Positions 27,321 through 41,115 of a stretch of DNA of 64,000 nt are shown in pieces. The notes beneath the pieces were generated by a model that was given only the letters and a program-made list of their open reading frames with translations, ran no database searches and was not told the DNA's origin. This DNA comes from Octopus sinensis. Lineage: Eukaryota. The DNA is taken from the NCBI RefSeq assembly GCF_006345805.1, contig NC_043010.1:3534001-3598000 (forward strand), in the 5' to 3' direction. The translations under genes and the position numbers were made by a program. Numbering within the stretch: position 1 is the first letter of the stretch; the number at the start of each line of letters is the position of its first letter.

Positions 27321-28844
27321 CTATACATGTAAGTTATGTTTGAATGCATACATGCATGTGTGTGTGCATTTATGTATGTATATAGGTATATATTTGTAGA
27401 TGTGTAAATCTGTATATATATATATATTTATATAGTATCCATGTATGTATATATATATATATATATATATCTTAATATTTGTACATGTGAGAATAGGGAA
27501 GCTTGCATCCATCCATATATATAAGCACAAATTTGTATATGTTTGAATGCACTATTTATTCATAAATATATATATGTATCTTATTTAAGTATGTGAGCTT
27601 TTTTTTTGTAGAGCTGAAAAATAATTGTAAAATGAAATTGAGTAAAAAAAACCACTGTAAAGGAATAAAAAAACCCTATACATTTCTATTTTAGGATACC
27701 TCTTATATAAACTATCATTAAAAGTTTATGCTATACATGAACTCATAAATGTAAAAAATATGTTTGTTTTTGAAGAAAAGTAATTTTTAAAAAAATATAT
27801 AAAAAAGATTAATAATAATGAAAGTAAATTTAGTCAGTCTCCTCTGTTTTAGTGCTTTACCATCATCCTTTTTCTCTTACTGTTAGTTAAATTTTTCTAT
27901 TTGTCTATTTGTACTAACAAAATAAATATGTAATTTGTTAATTTATAAATAGTAAAATAATCTGTGAAATAATTCTAATGTGGTAGACTATGAAAAAAGT
28001 CACAGAAAATTTCTATTTATAAATATGCTATTTTGTTACAGTATAATTATTTATATAAAATTAGTAGCTAATTTCGAATCATTTGAGACAGACAATAATA
28101 TTGATTTGCTTGTTCCACTATAAATCCATACATTCTTATCATTACTAAGTCAGTAAAAAGCTTTTGTGATACAACTAGGAGAAACTTATCGCTTTTCTCA
28201 GATCAGACAAATGCAGGTAAGTAATTTGTTAATGCAGGTAGGTAGATGAAAGTTACATACTTACACACAATAGTTTTAAGCTTTTACACAAACAATTCTA
28301 AGATACATGTTAATTTAATTGTGATTTTCTTATATAGTGGGAATAAGATTTGTTGAAGCAAATATTGAAAAAAAAAAAGAACATGTTTTTCTTTTACTAT
28401 ACTGATAGCTGTGTATATTCAAAGCTTCTCTTAACAAGAAATAGGTATGGAAAAGAAAAAGTAGAAGAAATAACTACTCACCAAGATAAGTAAATAGGTT
28501 CCAGTTTATCATTAGATGCGATGTGTATCCTGCTGTAGAATTGTATCGTTACTGCTGCTGTTGTGTGCTGGCAGTACTGTGTACTTTGGTCTGTGATATT
28601 GTATGGATGTATGAGAGAGAGATAGAGAGAGAGTGATAGAGAGGTCTGCAACCTATCAAGTGTGGTGTATGTAATATCTGCTACAGCCAATGACAAGCTG
28701 TTTATGGTTCCCATGGAAGGGAAACAAAAACTCTATTACTTTAGATTCTTGCTGCAAAGAAGTTAATAAAAGAATGAGTCACATATAATCCAATAAACAT
28801 TCATTTAAATGTATTTGTGTGTATGATTAAATGTTTGTGTAAAC

Positions 28845-29497
28845 ATGTGTATTTTATGTATATGTAGGTATATGTATACACACACGCACACAAACACACA
28901 CGCACCCACACATACACACACACAAACATATACCTATACAGACGTATATGTATATGTAATTATATGTATGTATATGTATGTGTATATATATATATTTATT
29001 TGTGTATATATGTCTAAGTATATATATGTATATAAATGTGTGTGCATATGTACATGTATATATATATCAGTATATGTATATATATTTATATGTACATATG
29101 TATGTATGTATGTAGGTATGTATATATATATATATTTGTTTGTATATGTGTATATATATGTATATATATATATGTATATGTTTGTATATATATGTATATG
29201 TATATATATATGTGTATATATATATGTATGTATATGTATATATGTATATATATGTATATGTATGTATAAATATGTATATATATGTGTATATATAAATATA
29301 TATATACATATATATGTAAGTATATATGTATATATATATATATACATATATATGTAAGTATATATGTATATGTATATATATATACATATATACTTACATA
29401 TATATGTATATATCTTTGCATATATGTGTATATATATATGTATTTTTAAATGATTATACAAATATATATGCATATATATATATATGTTTATACATAG

Positions 29498-29531
<34 letters not shown>

Positions 29532-30420
29532 ATATGTTTATATATACGTATTTACATATATATGTATATATATAAATACATATATATACATATATGTGTA
29601 TACATATATATATCTATATATATATGTTTATACGCATATATGTTTGTTTGTTCCTTTTCAAGCCATGCCTGGCTCATAGGGCCGGTTTTCCTTGGTGTAT
29701 AGGTTCTCCACCTGGATGGGACACAGGTCCATCGCAGGTGAACTGCAAGATGCAGGAGGAAAGAGTGAGTGAAAGTTGTGGTGAAAGAGTCAGCAGAAGT
29801 TCGCCATTACCTTCTGCCGGAGTCGCGTGGAGCTTAGGTGTTTCGCTGATAAACACGCACATCGTCCAGTCTGAGATTTGAATCCACAATCCCTTGACTG
29901 TGAGTCTGCTGCTCTTACCCCAAGGCCATGTGCCTCCACATATACCTATATATGTTATATATATGTATATTATATATATAACGTATATCTATCTATCTAT
30001 ATGTATATATAATTATATATATATGTATATATGTATATATATATATATGTATATATATATGTATATATGCATATATATGTATATATATATGCATATATAT
30101 GTATAATATATGTATATATATATGTATATATATGTATATATGTACATATATATGTATATATATATATGTATATATATATGTATCTATATATATATTATGT
30201 ATATATATATGCACACATATATGTATATTGTATAATATATATATGTATATATATATATATGTATATATATATGTATATAAATATGTATATATATATATGT
30301 ATATATATATATATGTATATATATATATGTATATATATATATTTATGTATATATATGTGTATATAATATATATATATGTATACATATATATGTATATATG
30401 TATAAGTATATATATATATA
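28845..30420. repeat. Very long degenerate (TA)n/(TATG)n microsatellite field split by a SINE
   Basis: Direct inspection. Confidence 0.95.
29641..29939 (-). mobile_element. SINE family C, tail variant 3
   Basis: Head GTGGAGGCACATGGCC..; core ctctttcaccacaactttc shared with 61288-61671. Confidence 0.8.
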
Positions 30421-30970
30421 AATCCTTAAATCCTTAAAAATGTTTTAGCCCAAAGGACGTGGCTATGCTGGGGCACCACCGCTGAATGAGCTACACTAAT
30501 GTGTGAATCCACCTCTGATACGTGGCACTTGGTCAACAAGGGAGTTCGATGCCGCTGCCCGCATCTGTGTCTCCTGTCGTGAGGTAGGTTCATGTGGGAC
30601 CCCTGACAGAAAGAGATCCAGTTTAATTTTAAAGAAACCTACATCCACACCATGCAAGTCTCTCAGGCATTTAGGGAGGATGTTAAAGAGCTGTGGTCCT
30701 CTGAAACCCAAGCTATTGCTGTATCTGGTCCTGTATTTTGATGGTGATGTTGGAATCTTTGGCACCATGCAGTGGCGCCCCGCTCTGTGGTTGGGGTAAC
30801 TTTGAATGCCAAAGTTTGGGACAAGACCCTCCAGGGTTTTCCAGATATATATTACCGCATATCTCTCCCACCTTCGCTCTAGGGAGAAGAGATTTTAATA
30901 CTTTCAGTCTTTCCCAGTAGCTGATATTTTGCATTGAGACGATCTTCTTTGTGTAGCTTCTTTGAATTGT
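30421..30970 (-). mobile_element. 5'-truncated CR1-group LINE: ORF2 C-terminus, 3' UTR and (TTTAAGGA)n tail
   Basis: IQRSYTKKIVSMQNISYWERLKVLK...(frameshift)...RGPQLFNILPKCLRDLHGVDVGFFKIKLDLFLSGVP..NSL, a typical CR1/L2 C-terminus. Confidence 0.85.
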
Positions 30971-31025
30971 ATATATATGTATATATATATATGTATAGGA
31001 AGGTTTGGAGATGATGTACAGGTAT

Positions 31026-31311
31026 TATATATTAGAAGAAATGAGGTAATCAGAAGATCGGATGGTTTATATTTACAGATATTTATTTGTATATTACATT
31101 TTTTATATATATATATATCATATCACTTAGATCATTAGCGCTTTCTCCCATTCTAGCGGGGTTTTCAAATTGATTTGAAAACCCCACTAGAATGGGAGAA
31201 AGCATTAATACATGATCTCAGTTATATGATATATATAAAAAATGTAATATACAAATAGCTGTAAATATAAACCATCCGATTTTCTGAGTACCTCATTTCT
31301 TCTAATATATA
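31026..31311. repeat. Fold-back palindrome, about 145-bp arms, 2-nt loop (31171-31172), imperfect
   Basis: Centre ggggttttcaaat-tg-atttgaaaacccc; arms pair out to the flanking (TA)n. Confidence 0.9.
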
Positions 31312-31341
31312 TATATATATATATGTGTGTATATATATATG

Positions 31342-31426
<85 letters not shown>

Positions 31427-31559
31427 GTATATATAATATATATATGTATATATATATATATGTAAATATATATATGTATATATATATATATATGTGTATA
31501 TATATATGTGTATATATATATATATGTGTATATATATATATATGTATATATATATATGT

Positions 31560-31766
31560 AAATGTAAAAAATACAAACTGGGACAAGAACGTGAAACATT
31601 TAGAAGACGATACAAAAAACACGGACAGGACATTCGAAGCCTTCAATCTTCAGTCAAGAACCGGACAATCTTCGCAATTTCGGCTGATTAATCTTGAGAT
31701 TGCTCCGATCTGGCCAGCCCCAAAGGAAAATCTAAGCCAAGCGCATTAGATTCCTTGGAAGAAAGA
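31560..31766. mobile_element. Short interspersed repeat embedded in (TA)n, possibly PLE-derived
   Basis: Complex 200-bp insert between TA arrays; minus strand has CTGAAGA...CTTCGAATGTC. Confidence 0.35.
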
Positions 31767-31885
31767 TATGTATATATATATATATATATGTATTTATATG
31801 TATATATATATGTATTTATATGTATATATATGTATTTATATATATGTAAATATGTATATATATAGTATATATATGTGTATATACA

Positions 31886-32237
31886 CTTTTACTCTTTTAT
31901 TTGTTCCAGTCATTTTATTGCGGCCATGCTGGAGCACTGCCTTTAGTTGAGAAAATTGACCCCAGGACTTATTCTTTGTAAGCCTAGTAGTTTTTCTATC
32001 AGTCTCTTTTGCCAAACCACTAAGTTACGGGGGACATAAACACACCAGCAGTGGGTGTCAAGTGATGTTGGGGGGGGGACAAACACAGACATATACACAC
32101 ATATGCACACATATATATATACATATATGCGACAGGCTTCTTTCAATTTCTCTCTATCAAATCCACTCACAATTCTCTTGTCGGCCAGAGGCTATAGTAG
32201 AAGACACTTGCCCAAGAAGCTACACAGTGGGACTGAA
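31886..32237 (-). mobile_element. SINE family A, 5'-truncated
   Basis: Matches family A body and tail. Confidence 0.85.
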
Positions 32238-32363
32238 TATGTATATGTATGTGTATATATATATGTATATATGTTTATATATATGTGTGTGTGTATATAT
32301 ATGTATATATGTATGCATGAGTGGAAAATAATAATATAATATGTTTTTGTATATATAGTTAGT

Positions 32364-32638
32364 GTGGAGGCGCAATGGCCTAGTGGTTAGGGCAGTGGAC
32401 TCGCAGTCGCAGGATCGCGGTTTCGATTCCCAGACCGGGCGTTGTGAGTGTTTATTGAGCGAAAACACCGGCAGGGGGTGGTGATCCCTGCTGTACTCTT
32501 TCACCACTCTTTCTTCTGTTGGCCTGCTCGCTTAGCCAGCGGGGTGGCGTCATTCGAAGGCTAAAACAATGGAAACGCATTGTGACCAGCGATGTGTAAC
32601 AATATCTGATGGTCTGGTCGGTCACGTGATCACGTGAT
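32364..32638 (+). mobile_element. SINE family C, tail variant 1 (tRNA-derived head)
   Basis: A box TGGCCTAGTGG; B-box-like GGTTTCGATTCC. Confidence 0.85.
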
Positions 32639-32796
32639 ATATATATATATATATATATATGTAAATATATGTATATATATATGTATATATGTGTATATAT
32701 ATACATATGTAAACATGTACATATATATATATATGTATATATATGTATGTGTATATGTATATGTATGTGTATATATATAAATATATATATATATAT

Positions 32797-32860
32797 ATTT
32801 GATTTTGATTTTGATTTTTTAGTTTCAGCTCATGAGCTGTGGCCATGCTGGGGCACCGCC
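32797..32860 (-). mobile_element. Short LINE/SINE 3' stub with (AAAATC)n tail
   Basis: Minus strand reads GGCGGTGCCCCAGCATGGCCA-CAGCTC-AT-GAGCTG-AAAC. Confidence 0.65.
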
Positions 32861-33499
32861 ATATATATACATATATTTATATGTATATATATATATATAC
32901 AGATATATTTATATATGTATGTATATATATGTATATATATGTATATATTTATATGTGTATGTATAGATGTATATATATATGTATGTATATATATGTATAT
33001 ATTTATATGTATATGTATAGATGTATATATATATATGTATATATATGTAGAGGTGTATGTATATATATGTATATATGCATTTGTATAGGAATATCTATAT
33101 TTATATATACATATATATATATATGTATCTATATATATATATATTTGTATATATGTATGTATTTCTATATATAGTTATATATGTGTGTGTGTATATATAT
33201 GTATATATATATTTGTGTGCATGTATATGTACATGTATATATGTGTATATATGTATATATACATACATATATATATATGTATATATATGTGTATATAGAT
33301 ATGTACACATATTTATGTAAACATATACATATGTATATATGTATATATATGTTCATATACATACGCATGTGTGTGTCTGTGTATGTATATATATATATGT
33401 ATGTATACATATGCACACATGTATATAGATGTTCACGACATACACATGTTTTTGTATTGAGTCACATGCATGTGTGTAGGTATGTTCTCTCAAAGGAAA

Positions 33500-36499
33500 T
33501 AGAAATTCTAATCTTAATAAAACAGTCAGTTTATCTTATTTTAACAATAAATTATTTTAGCATTTTTGAATATTTATAAGAACATTTTTGTGTATACAGA
33601 ATTAAAAATACATCTTGATTTTCCACTGGACTGTTGTAGAGACGAGAAAATGTACAGATCTATGTCTAAGAATAAAGATTGAATATTATGGGCAGAGGGG
33701 ATTATTGATTTTCTCATTTATAGATAAGACCACTCTTCTATCAGTTTTATTGACAGTATTCTTCTTATGAATGTTGTTAAAGATTCTTGAAAATTTAATC
33801 TAATTATTGTTTTATTTTAATATTCACAAGGTATGCAATGATGTAGTGATTGGGAAAAAATATGTATGTATTAGATCTTAGTTAACATTGTTTTAGAAAT
33901 GTGCTTTTTGAAACATTTTCAGAATTAGTATGTAGTATAATTAGTGTCCTTCTTGATTAAATAAATAAATATTGTTCAACTGGATTAGTGCCAATCAAGA
34001 ACCTTTACTTTGGAAGTTCATCTAAGAAGAACATGAAAGTTCAAAATATTGCATGCGAGTCCTGAGAAAATAAGTTTAATCTTTTTACAGTGCAATTTTA
34101 TGTTACAATAACACTATTGGATGTAATTTTGTTAATATTTTGGAAATCATAACCTTTGTGGGAAGTTGATCATCTTTCAAGGTGATTTTTTGTTAGACAA
34201 TTGTTTATTGAGACATAATCTGAAGACTGGTGGAAAATAGGAAAACAATTATGAAAGCTTGTAACCAATTGTGTTTGATTCTTTTAAAATTAATTATATC
34301 CATCTGATAAAAAAAAAATATATGAAAAGGTGATGTGAAGCAACAGCCATGGGCACTTCATAAACATATATTTTTTTAATGATGATAGTCACTGGCTTTG
34401 CTTTAGGCAAAAAACTTGTGATATTTTTAGTAACTAGCTACACAAAACATCATATGTTTAAATTAATTATTTTTGTACTTTTTCTCTGTTTCTCTTTCAA
34501 TCAAGAGTTCAAAGCAAACCTTGCAAATGAAGTACATTAAAAAAAATTCTTCTCAACAATAAATAGCAAATCTATAGGGTACTAAGCCTAACAGAATTTC
34601 TTACAGTTATCATATAGATTAGTCCAACTCTTATCTACTGGGTAAATTTGGTGATGAAAATATGCTAAAGTGATGAGGGTGATGACTGTGGTGATGATGG
34701 AAATAATAATGATGATATTTTTAGTTTATATTGTGAATTTATGAATTTAAATTATTTGATAAACCACATTAGAAAATATACAAGGAACTTTAATTATCCA
34801 GAGTTATATATATATATATATATATAAAATCTCATATATTTAAAGAAAATTGTTAAAATTAACATAATTTTATTTAGAATTTAAATTCGATCCTTAGGGG
34901 AATATCCAGTGTAACTTAGTTTCATACAAAAGAATTATCACAGTATGTGGTTTTATTTCAATCAGATCTCCACCTTTGAATTTAGTCTTTCCTTCAAAAC
35001 ACAGATATTGATGTGTATCACATGTGACCTAAGTCTATGAAGATCATCACTTCTTCCAGTTTCTCTTTATATTTGAGTAAGATGTTCAATGAAGGAGAAA
35101 GTCAGCCATTTTGAAATGTTGACTATCCACTAAAAAGAAAATATAACTTCAAGCTGCTCAATAAGAAAATCTAAATGAAAATCTGCCAGCTTAATTAATT
35201 TAGTATTCTTTATGATGGAAGACTGTAATAAGCAATTTAAAGAAAATATTTAGAAATGAATGTTAGGAAATAATTAACTAAGCTTCTTGATTTCAACAAT
35301 AATCTCTCAAAATAAAGTATTCAAATTTTCCTTTACAAAACTTATTACGTTTTGCTTATTAGAAGTATAGAGTTAGATGATACAATATTTGATGATTAAA
35401 CTTATTAACTCTGTTAATAAGTTATACATCTGTTAATAAGTAATACATCATGCCAGATGGTTGTGTTTCATTTTGTCAGTGTGATTATGTGCTAAAATCT
35501 ATGTGTATTTAAAAGAGTTTGATGAATATAATTTAGATAAACTGGAAATTTGAAATCAAGTAAAATGCATAAAATGGTACAACACAATTATGTATTGATT
35601 CCTTAAATTGAATAAGAATCATACATTGATTTCTCAAATTAAATCTTTAAAAAAATGTGTATTGATCTTTTAAAACTATGATATAAAATTCATGTGTGTA
35701 GGGTTAGGGAGAGTTATTCAACATACAAGCAGACATCAATATCGATTAAAAAACAGAAAATGAAGTACATAATTCCTCAAACATTAGTGTCTACTAAAAG
35801 GCTCATGATTGGCTGTAATTTAAAATTTTGGAATCCTCTGAATTTAGGGGAAAATGTATTTACCATTTTAAAAGGTGAATAATGATAGTAAAGGAAATAT
35901 TTACCTTAACCAAAGCAATGTAACCTGCTCAGTAAAGATTATTTTTGGTTGGACCAGCAACAGCAATATGATGCAAAATATTTTCTCTATCCAGCAGAAT
36001 ATTGGATTAAAAGTATTTTTGAAAACTTTTCCAAACAAAATTTATCTTTTTAGAAATTTACAATTGAGCAATATATTTCATTATAATTATTTGAATTTTC
36101 AGCATTAGCATCTAAAATTTAGCTATAAGTTTGTTATTGTAAGTCAGAATGAAGGTTATTTAAGGGATTACATTCAGTGACATCACAAGATAGTCCATCT
36201 AATATATTTATATATTAAACTAAACTTTAAAGGATATATATTTATGTATATATTAGTTATATATTATTACATAAGGTGTTTATTTTCCCTTGAATGTTAT
36301 AACAAGGAATAGTGGTAAAAGTGATCCATTCAGTTTAGAAATCCAATGCACAATGCGAAAATTGAAATGAGATGCCAATCCATTTTTTGCAAATAGATTA
36401 GTAATGAAATATTACAAAATTTCACATTGTTTAAAGATCACTTGAGAATGTCCAGTGATGGGATATCAGGATGTACTTGAAAATTATCTTCCAAAAGAT
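33500..36499 (-). other. Probable long AU-rich 3' UTR of the protocadherin-like gene
   Basis: About 3 kb with no recognisable SINE and almost no microsatellite, directly after the stop codon. Minus-strand AATAAA candidates (plus TTTATT) at about 36279, 34952, 34869, 34204 and 33746. The end point is not determinable. Confidence 0.45.
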
Positions 36500-36765
36500 T
36501 CATGAATAAGGTACTTTTGGTAAAGGTTTGGTGTATGAAGTGAAACTGTTCCTTGTTGGTAGATTCCAGGGTTGAGCTTGCAATAATTTAGGTTTGGTGT
36601 TATCTGCTTGTGTAGATTTTAAGTTTATTATATTATTGCCATGAGTAAAAAGACTAGGGTTAGGTTGATAGGAAGACCTAGGATTGGTACCTTTTGGTTT
36701 AATTAATGTCTGTGATAAGGATTTCCTGCCTGTGCTGGGTGTCTGTTCTTGAAGAGATTTCAGAC
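36500..36765 (-). CDS. Terminal coding exon of the same gene: (G)LKSLQEQTPSTGRKSLSQTLIKPKGTNPRSSYQPNPSLFTHGNNIINLKSTQADNTKPKLLQAQPWNLPTRNSFTSYTKPLPKVPYS*
   Basis: Acceptor tattcttctttattttcaccCAG|GT is phase 1, exactly matching the phase-1 end of exon 45307-45475. There are 87 further codons to TGA at 36502-36500. The peptide is S/T/P/K-rich and looks disordered. Confidence 0.7.
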
Positions 36766-37323
36766 CTGGGTGAAAATAAAGAAGAATATATATATTTGAT
36801 TGCATCTATTCATTTTGATAATTTGTGCAATCGACTTCTTCTTCCCTCCTTCTCTTTCTCCCTCTCTCTCTCACACACATACTCACACACTTCGCTTGGC
36901 ATAGCTTAATATATCTTTCATTTTCAAAAACCTTTGCAATCACTCTTCTGGAAAACAATCTGACAATGCCAGCTGTGAACACCTACCTATAATACTCTAC
37001 TCATTAATCCTCATCTTAGCTGTTATTTTAATTCCAAATGAGGAGCGATATCACTTTTATATTGTTGTAAAGGCAATCTATTTGTGTGCTAGTTTCACCA
37101 GAATAAATTATATATATATAGGAAAGAGAACAGTCTTTGCCTTGCAAAACAACCTCACTTCTGTTGCCATAAATGCAATTCTATAATCATTCTATCAAAG
37201 TGGTTGACAAGAGGGAAAGAAAGAATCTAACAATAAAATCTAAATTAAATATGCATTACAGAACAAACAAGTTGACAAACATTCACTCGTGCATTATATG
37301 TGTGTGTGTATTCATGTGCATAT

Positions 37324-37368
<45 letters not shown>

Positions 37369-37379
37369 CACAAATGAAA

Positions 37380-37772
37380 GAAAATGGAATTCATGAGATT
37401 TTTTATTAATTATAATGATCATTTCAACCCATCTTGCATCAGTCTCTCATGAGTGAGATATTGTAAAATTAGTTGTGGTGCATCCTTTGGTGCAGATGTG
37501 TCTCATCAGATGACTTTTCAAAAGATATCTCACTCAGTAAACTCAGTTTTGCCTGGTTCTAGTACAATGCATTATAATATTGTATTATAATAGAATCAAG
37601 CAAAACCATGTTTATTGAGCAAGGTACCTTTTGAAAAGTCACCTGACACGACACATCTTCACTGAAGGATGCTCCACAACCAGTTGCACAGCATCTCACT
37701 TGCGAGGGACTGATACAAGATGGATCAAAGTGATTGTTCTGATTAGTAAAGAATCTCATGAATTCCATTTTC
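37380..37772. repeat. Old fold-back element, about 190-bp arms, in the last intron
   Basis: Terminal 21 bp pair perfectly (gaaaatggaattcatgagatt / aatctcatgaattccattttc); inner arms pair imperfectly. Confidence 0.85.
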
Positions 37773-40092
37773 CGTTTCTCTCATTTCTTATATACTTATG
37801 AGACATAGAAGAATTCCTGAGGTAGATTGAGTGGTGTTTATATCTATGGCTACCTGATGTCATCAGGTAGCCATAGACTGCAAAAGTGCTTTAATTGGCA
37901 TACCACCAGGTGTGTAGCCAAGTTTTAAATAGCTACTTCTATATATGTGTGTGCATGTGTATGTATATATACATATATATATATATACATATATATATAT
38001 ACATACATACATACATACATACATACGTACGTACATAGAAAGTGAGAGAGAGAGAGAGAGAAAGAAAGAGGACACTTGTAGTGAACATGTCCACATGATT
38101 CGAGCAAGCCTCTAATTGGTAATTTGACCTACTAGAAATAGATGTTAAACATCCCTCAAATCACACCCTATCTTTAAAAAAGACACATTGAATAATATAG
38201 TATGAGGTGTACAATAAATGGAAAAAAGATGAGATTGTCATAGCTGGAATGCCTTTGATTGTAAGTCTGTTTATTGAAGGATGAACTGGTACTAAACAAC
38301 AACTCATATATTAACAAATACATTTGTACTCTTTGTTTCAGTCAGTTAGCATGCACTGGCTGTGACAGAAAAAAGTCAGGAACAAAGGCGCAAGTTAGTT
38401 TGTATTCTTTATGTCCCTTCTGAATTGTTAGTGGGTCTATGGATGGTTGAGTAAATATGGTATCAAATAACCAGCCAAGAGATCAACTGTTTGATTCCCA
38501 TGACCAACACTGCATTGTGCTCAAGGTCAAAACTTAAATCTCTCTAGTAACCTAGTCTTCCTAGTTCAGTTTAAATACCACTTTATAAGTTCAATTAATA
38601 ATCAATAATCAAAGTATCAGTGGCACTTTGGCATTGTATTGTTTCTCTGTGGAATTGGCTTAGCCAAGATGATTTGCTGAAGATAACAGTCCATAAAATA
38701 GAATCTTTAGCAGTGCATTCATGACTCTTTGGGTTGAGTGTTTCACCGTGAATACCACAATGGTGATAATACTATATGGTAGTCATGCATATGTATCCAA
38801 AGTGAAGTGGGAAGTGCCTTAAGCACTTAAAGAAGAGAATGGGAAAAGAATAGAGATGAAATTGTAATAAATGAGTTTAAGCATAAGTGACATATACACA
38901 TATTCAGAAGAATAAAAGAATCAGAAGGAACATAAGTGATAAGAATAGTTTTACCTACTGGGTTCTACTTTTTCTTAGATGCAGTTAAGATAATAACATA
39001 TAAAAAGTACATTTATAACTATAGAGTATATTTTTGTTATTTCAAAGTACACTGGATTTTAGCTGTGAATATAAGAGATATATATGTCAAAAAGATAAAA
39101 ACAACCCCCAAAAATACATTGATCAGATGGCATTGTGTGTTATGCAGCATGTCAGTAGTTAATATAATATATATGATTCTATTGAAATAAGTATAGCATC
39201 TGTTATGTTCTTCTTGATTTATCATAGGTTTAGTTTGTGTCATGTAGTAACTGTTAAAGCAATAATGTATGTATTACCAGGTGCCTGAAAATTATAAATC
39301 ATGTTATAAATATTATTGTCTGTAAGATAAAACGACTTACAAAATTAGAAATCTCAATGCTATAAGTAGCAATATAATGGTAAATAATACATTTTGAGAC
39401 AAAAGTTAAAGCAAACTAAGATTTGATCAGGAATATTTATAGCTAATAAATACTAATGGTAAACTGAAGTATTTATATATTTACCTGATTACACATGCCA
39501 TTACACTTGTCAGCATTATCTTAACAAAAGACAGAGGCAGCAGTACTCAAATGAAGGAAATTATAGACAGGTAATAAACAGAACAAGAAGCTGTATGGTA
39601 ACAGCAATAGCTTCACAAATAATCTTTATCATCTATTGGTCATGCAGAATTTGACAAAAGATAGCTGTAGGTGCTCTAATCAAATAAACAGTGTAGTATA
39701 TATGAATGTAAAGTAAATCTTGAGGATAAGAGTTAAACTCTTGAAATACAGATATTTTAGAAAATTGTTGCACAATTTCAGTAGTGCAATAAATATAGTT
39801 TATGCAGTTGGGAAACTTAATGATAAATCAAAAATAGTAGATGTGCTCATACTTCCAGCACAGCATAGTTCAGATAAGGGCTGTTCTCCATTTAAATCAA
39901 TCTCTCTCTCTCTCTCTCTCTTACACACACATATACACATATATATGTGAGAGGTATTGGTATCCAGAAGATCCAAGGTGGTGGGTAAGGCTATGTAAGT
40001 GCTATGGAAGGACCAAGGACCATAGTCAAACTCTCAGTTCGATAATAATATGAGTGAGGAGTCTAATGTGGGTCTTGTATGAGCATGTATAT

Positions 40093-40678
40093 GTTAAATA
40101 AAATGAGATCACAAAACCAAGGCTGCGTGGAATTTTCAGGACGTTTATAAAGAGAAAGTTAGTCTTACAGCTTTTTCTGGGATTTTAGGGTAATTTTTTA
40201 ATCAAAGATGATGTGAGATGGTTACATACAGAAAAGTAACAGAGTTCAATATAAGGAGTTATTTCCAAAAAGGTTGAAAATAAGACGATAAACGTAAAAA
40301 TATACGTCTACACACTTTCCATTTGTAATGACAAAATATGAAATTCTATCGGAATTTACATACCATGGACAAGAAACATTTCTACCACTTCTACAAACCA
40401 CTTTTCTTGGATAATGGAACTGCAGCTATAACATCCTACATATATTTTTATTTTTACTTTTATTCTCTTATTTTCCCTTTATACTTCTTATTTTCATCCT
40501 TTTCTGAAATAACTCCTTATATTGAATTCGACTATTTCTCTCTATGTAACCATTTCACGTGGTCTCTGATGAAGGGATATCCCTAAAATCCCAGAAACTG
40601 TTGTAAGACTAGCTTTCTCTTTATAAACTTCCTGAAAATTCCACACAGCCTTGGCTTTGTTGTCCCATTTTATTTAAC
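40093..40678 (+). mobile_element. PLE-type element with inverted terminal copy (arms 40093-40190 / 40581-40678)
   Basis: Reverse-complement match of the ~98-bp arms; hammerhead-like motif overlapping the right arm. Confidence 0.7.
40561..40610 (+). ncRNA. Minimal type I hammerhead-ribozyme-like motif
   Basis: GGTCT-CTGATGA-A-GGGAT-atccctaaa-ATCCC-A-GAAAC-tgtt-GTA-AGACT. Stems I, II and III are all formable; there are extra A residues flanking stem II. Confidence 0.55.
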
Positions 40679-41115
40679 ACACACACACACACACACACAC
40701 CAACAACAACAACAACAACAAAAACAACAACCCATGGAAGCATGGAAAAGCAGAAGTTTCATGATTATGATGATGATATTTATGGTATACATTTGCATTA
40801 ATGTCAATTTTAGTGATGGAAAAATTATTTTATTCTTAAAAACACATTTTATTTCAAACTGTAAGTGAAGGGTGGGGGGCAAACATAAAACCTCTCTGAA
40901 CTCTCATTTTTTTGTTTGTGTTGTATATCTGCATGTCTGCACATACTCATCAATGCATGCACATGCAGGTTGTCTCATAATAAGTAAGGTAGCATCTAAA
41001 CATGTTTTATATTTAAAAATCTGTCACACTGATGGATCAGGTATATGCTGTATATGGATCAGGTATATGCTGTGTGCAGAGTCTCATATACACAGAGATA
41101 TCCATATACTGCATA

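Noticed and set aside
32364-32440. tRNA-like sequence with A and B boxes
   Set aside because: It continues into a SINE body with no acceptor-stem closure or terminator; it is a SINE head, not a tRNA gene.
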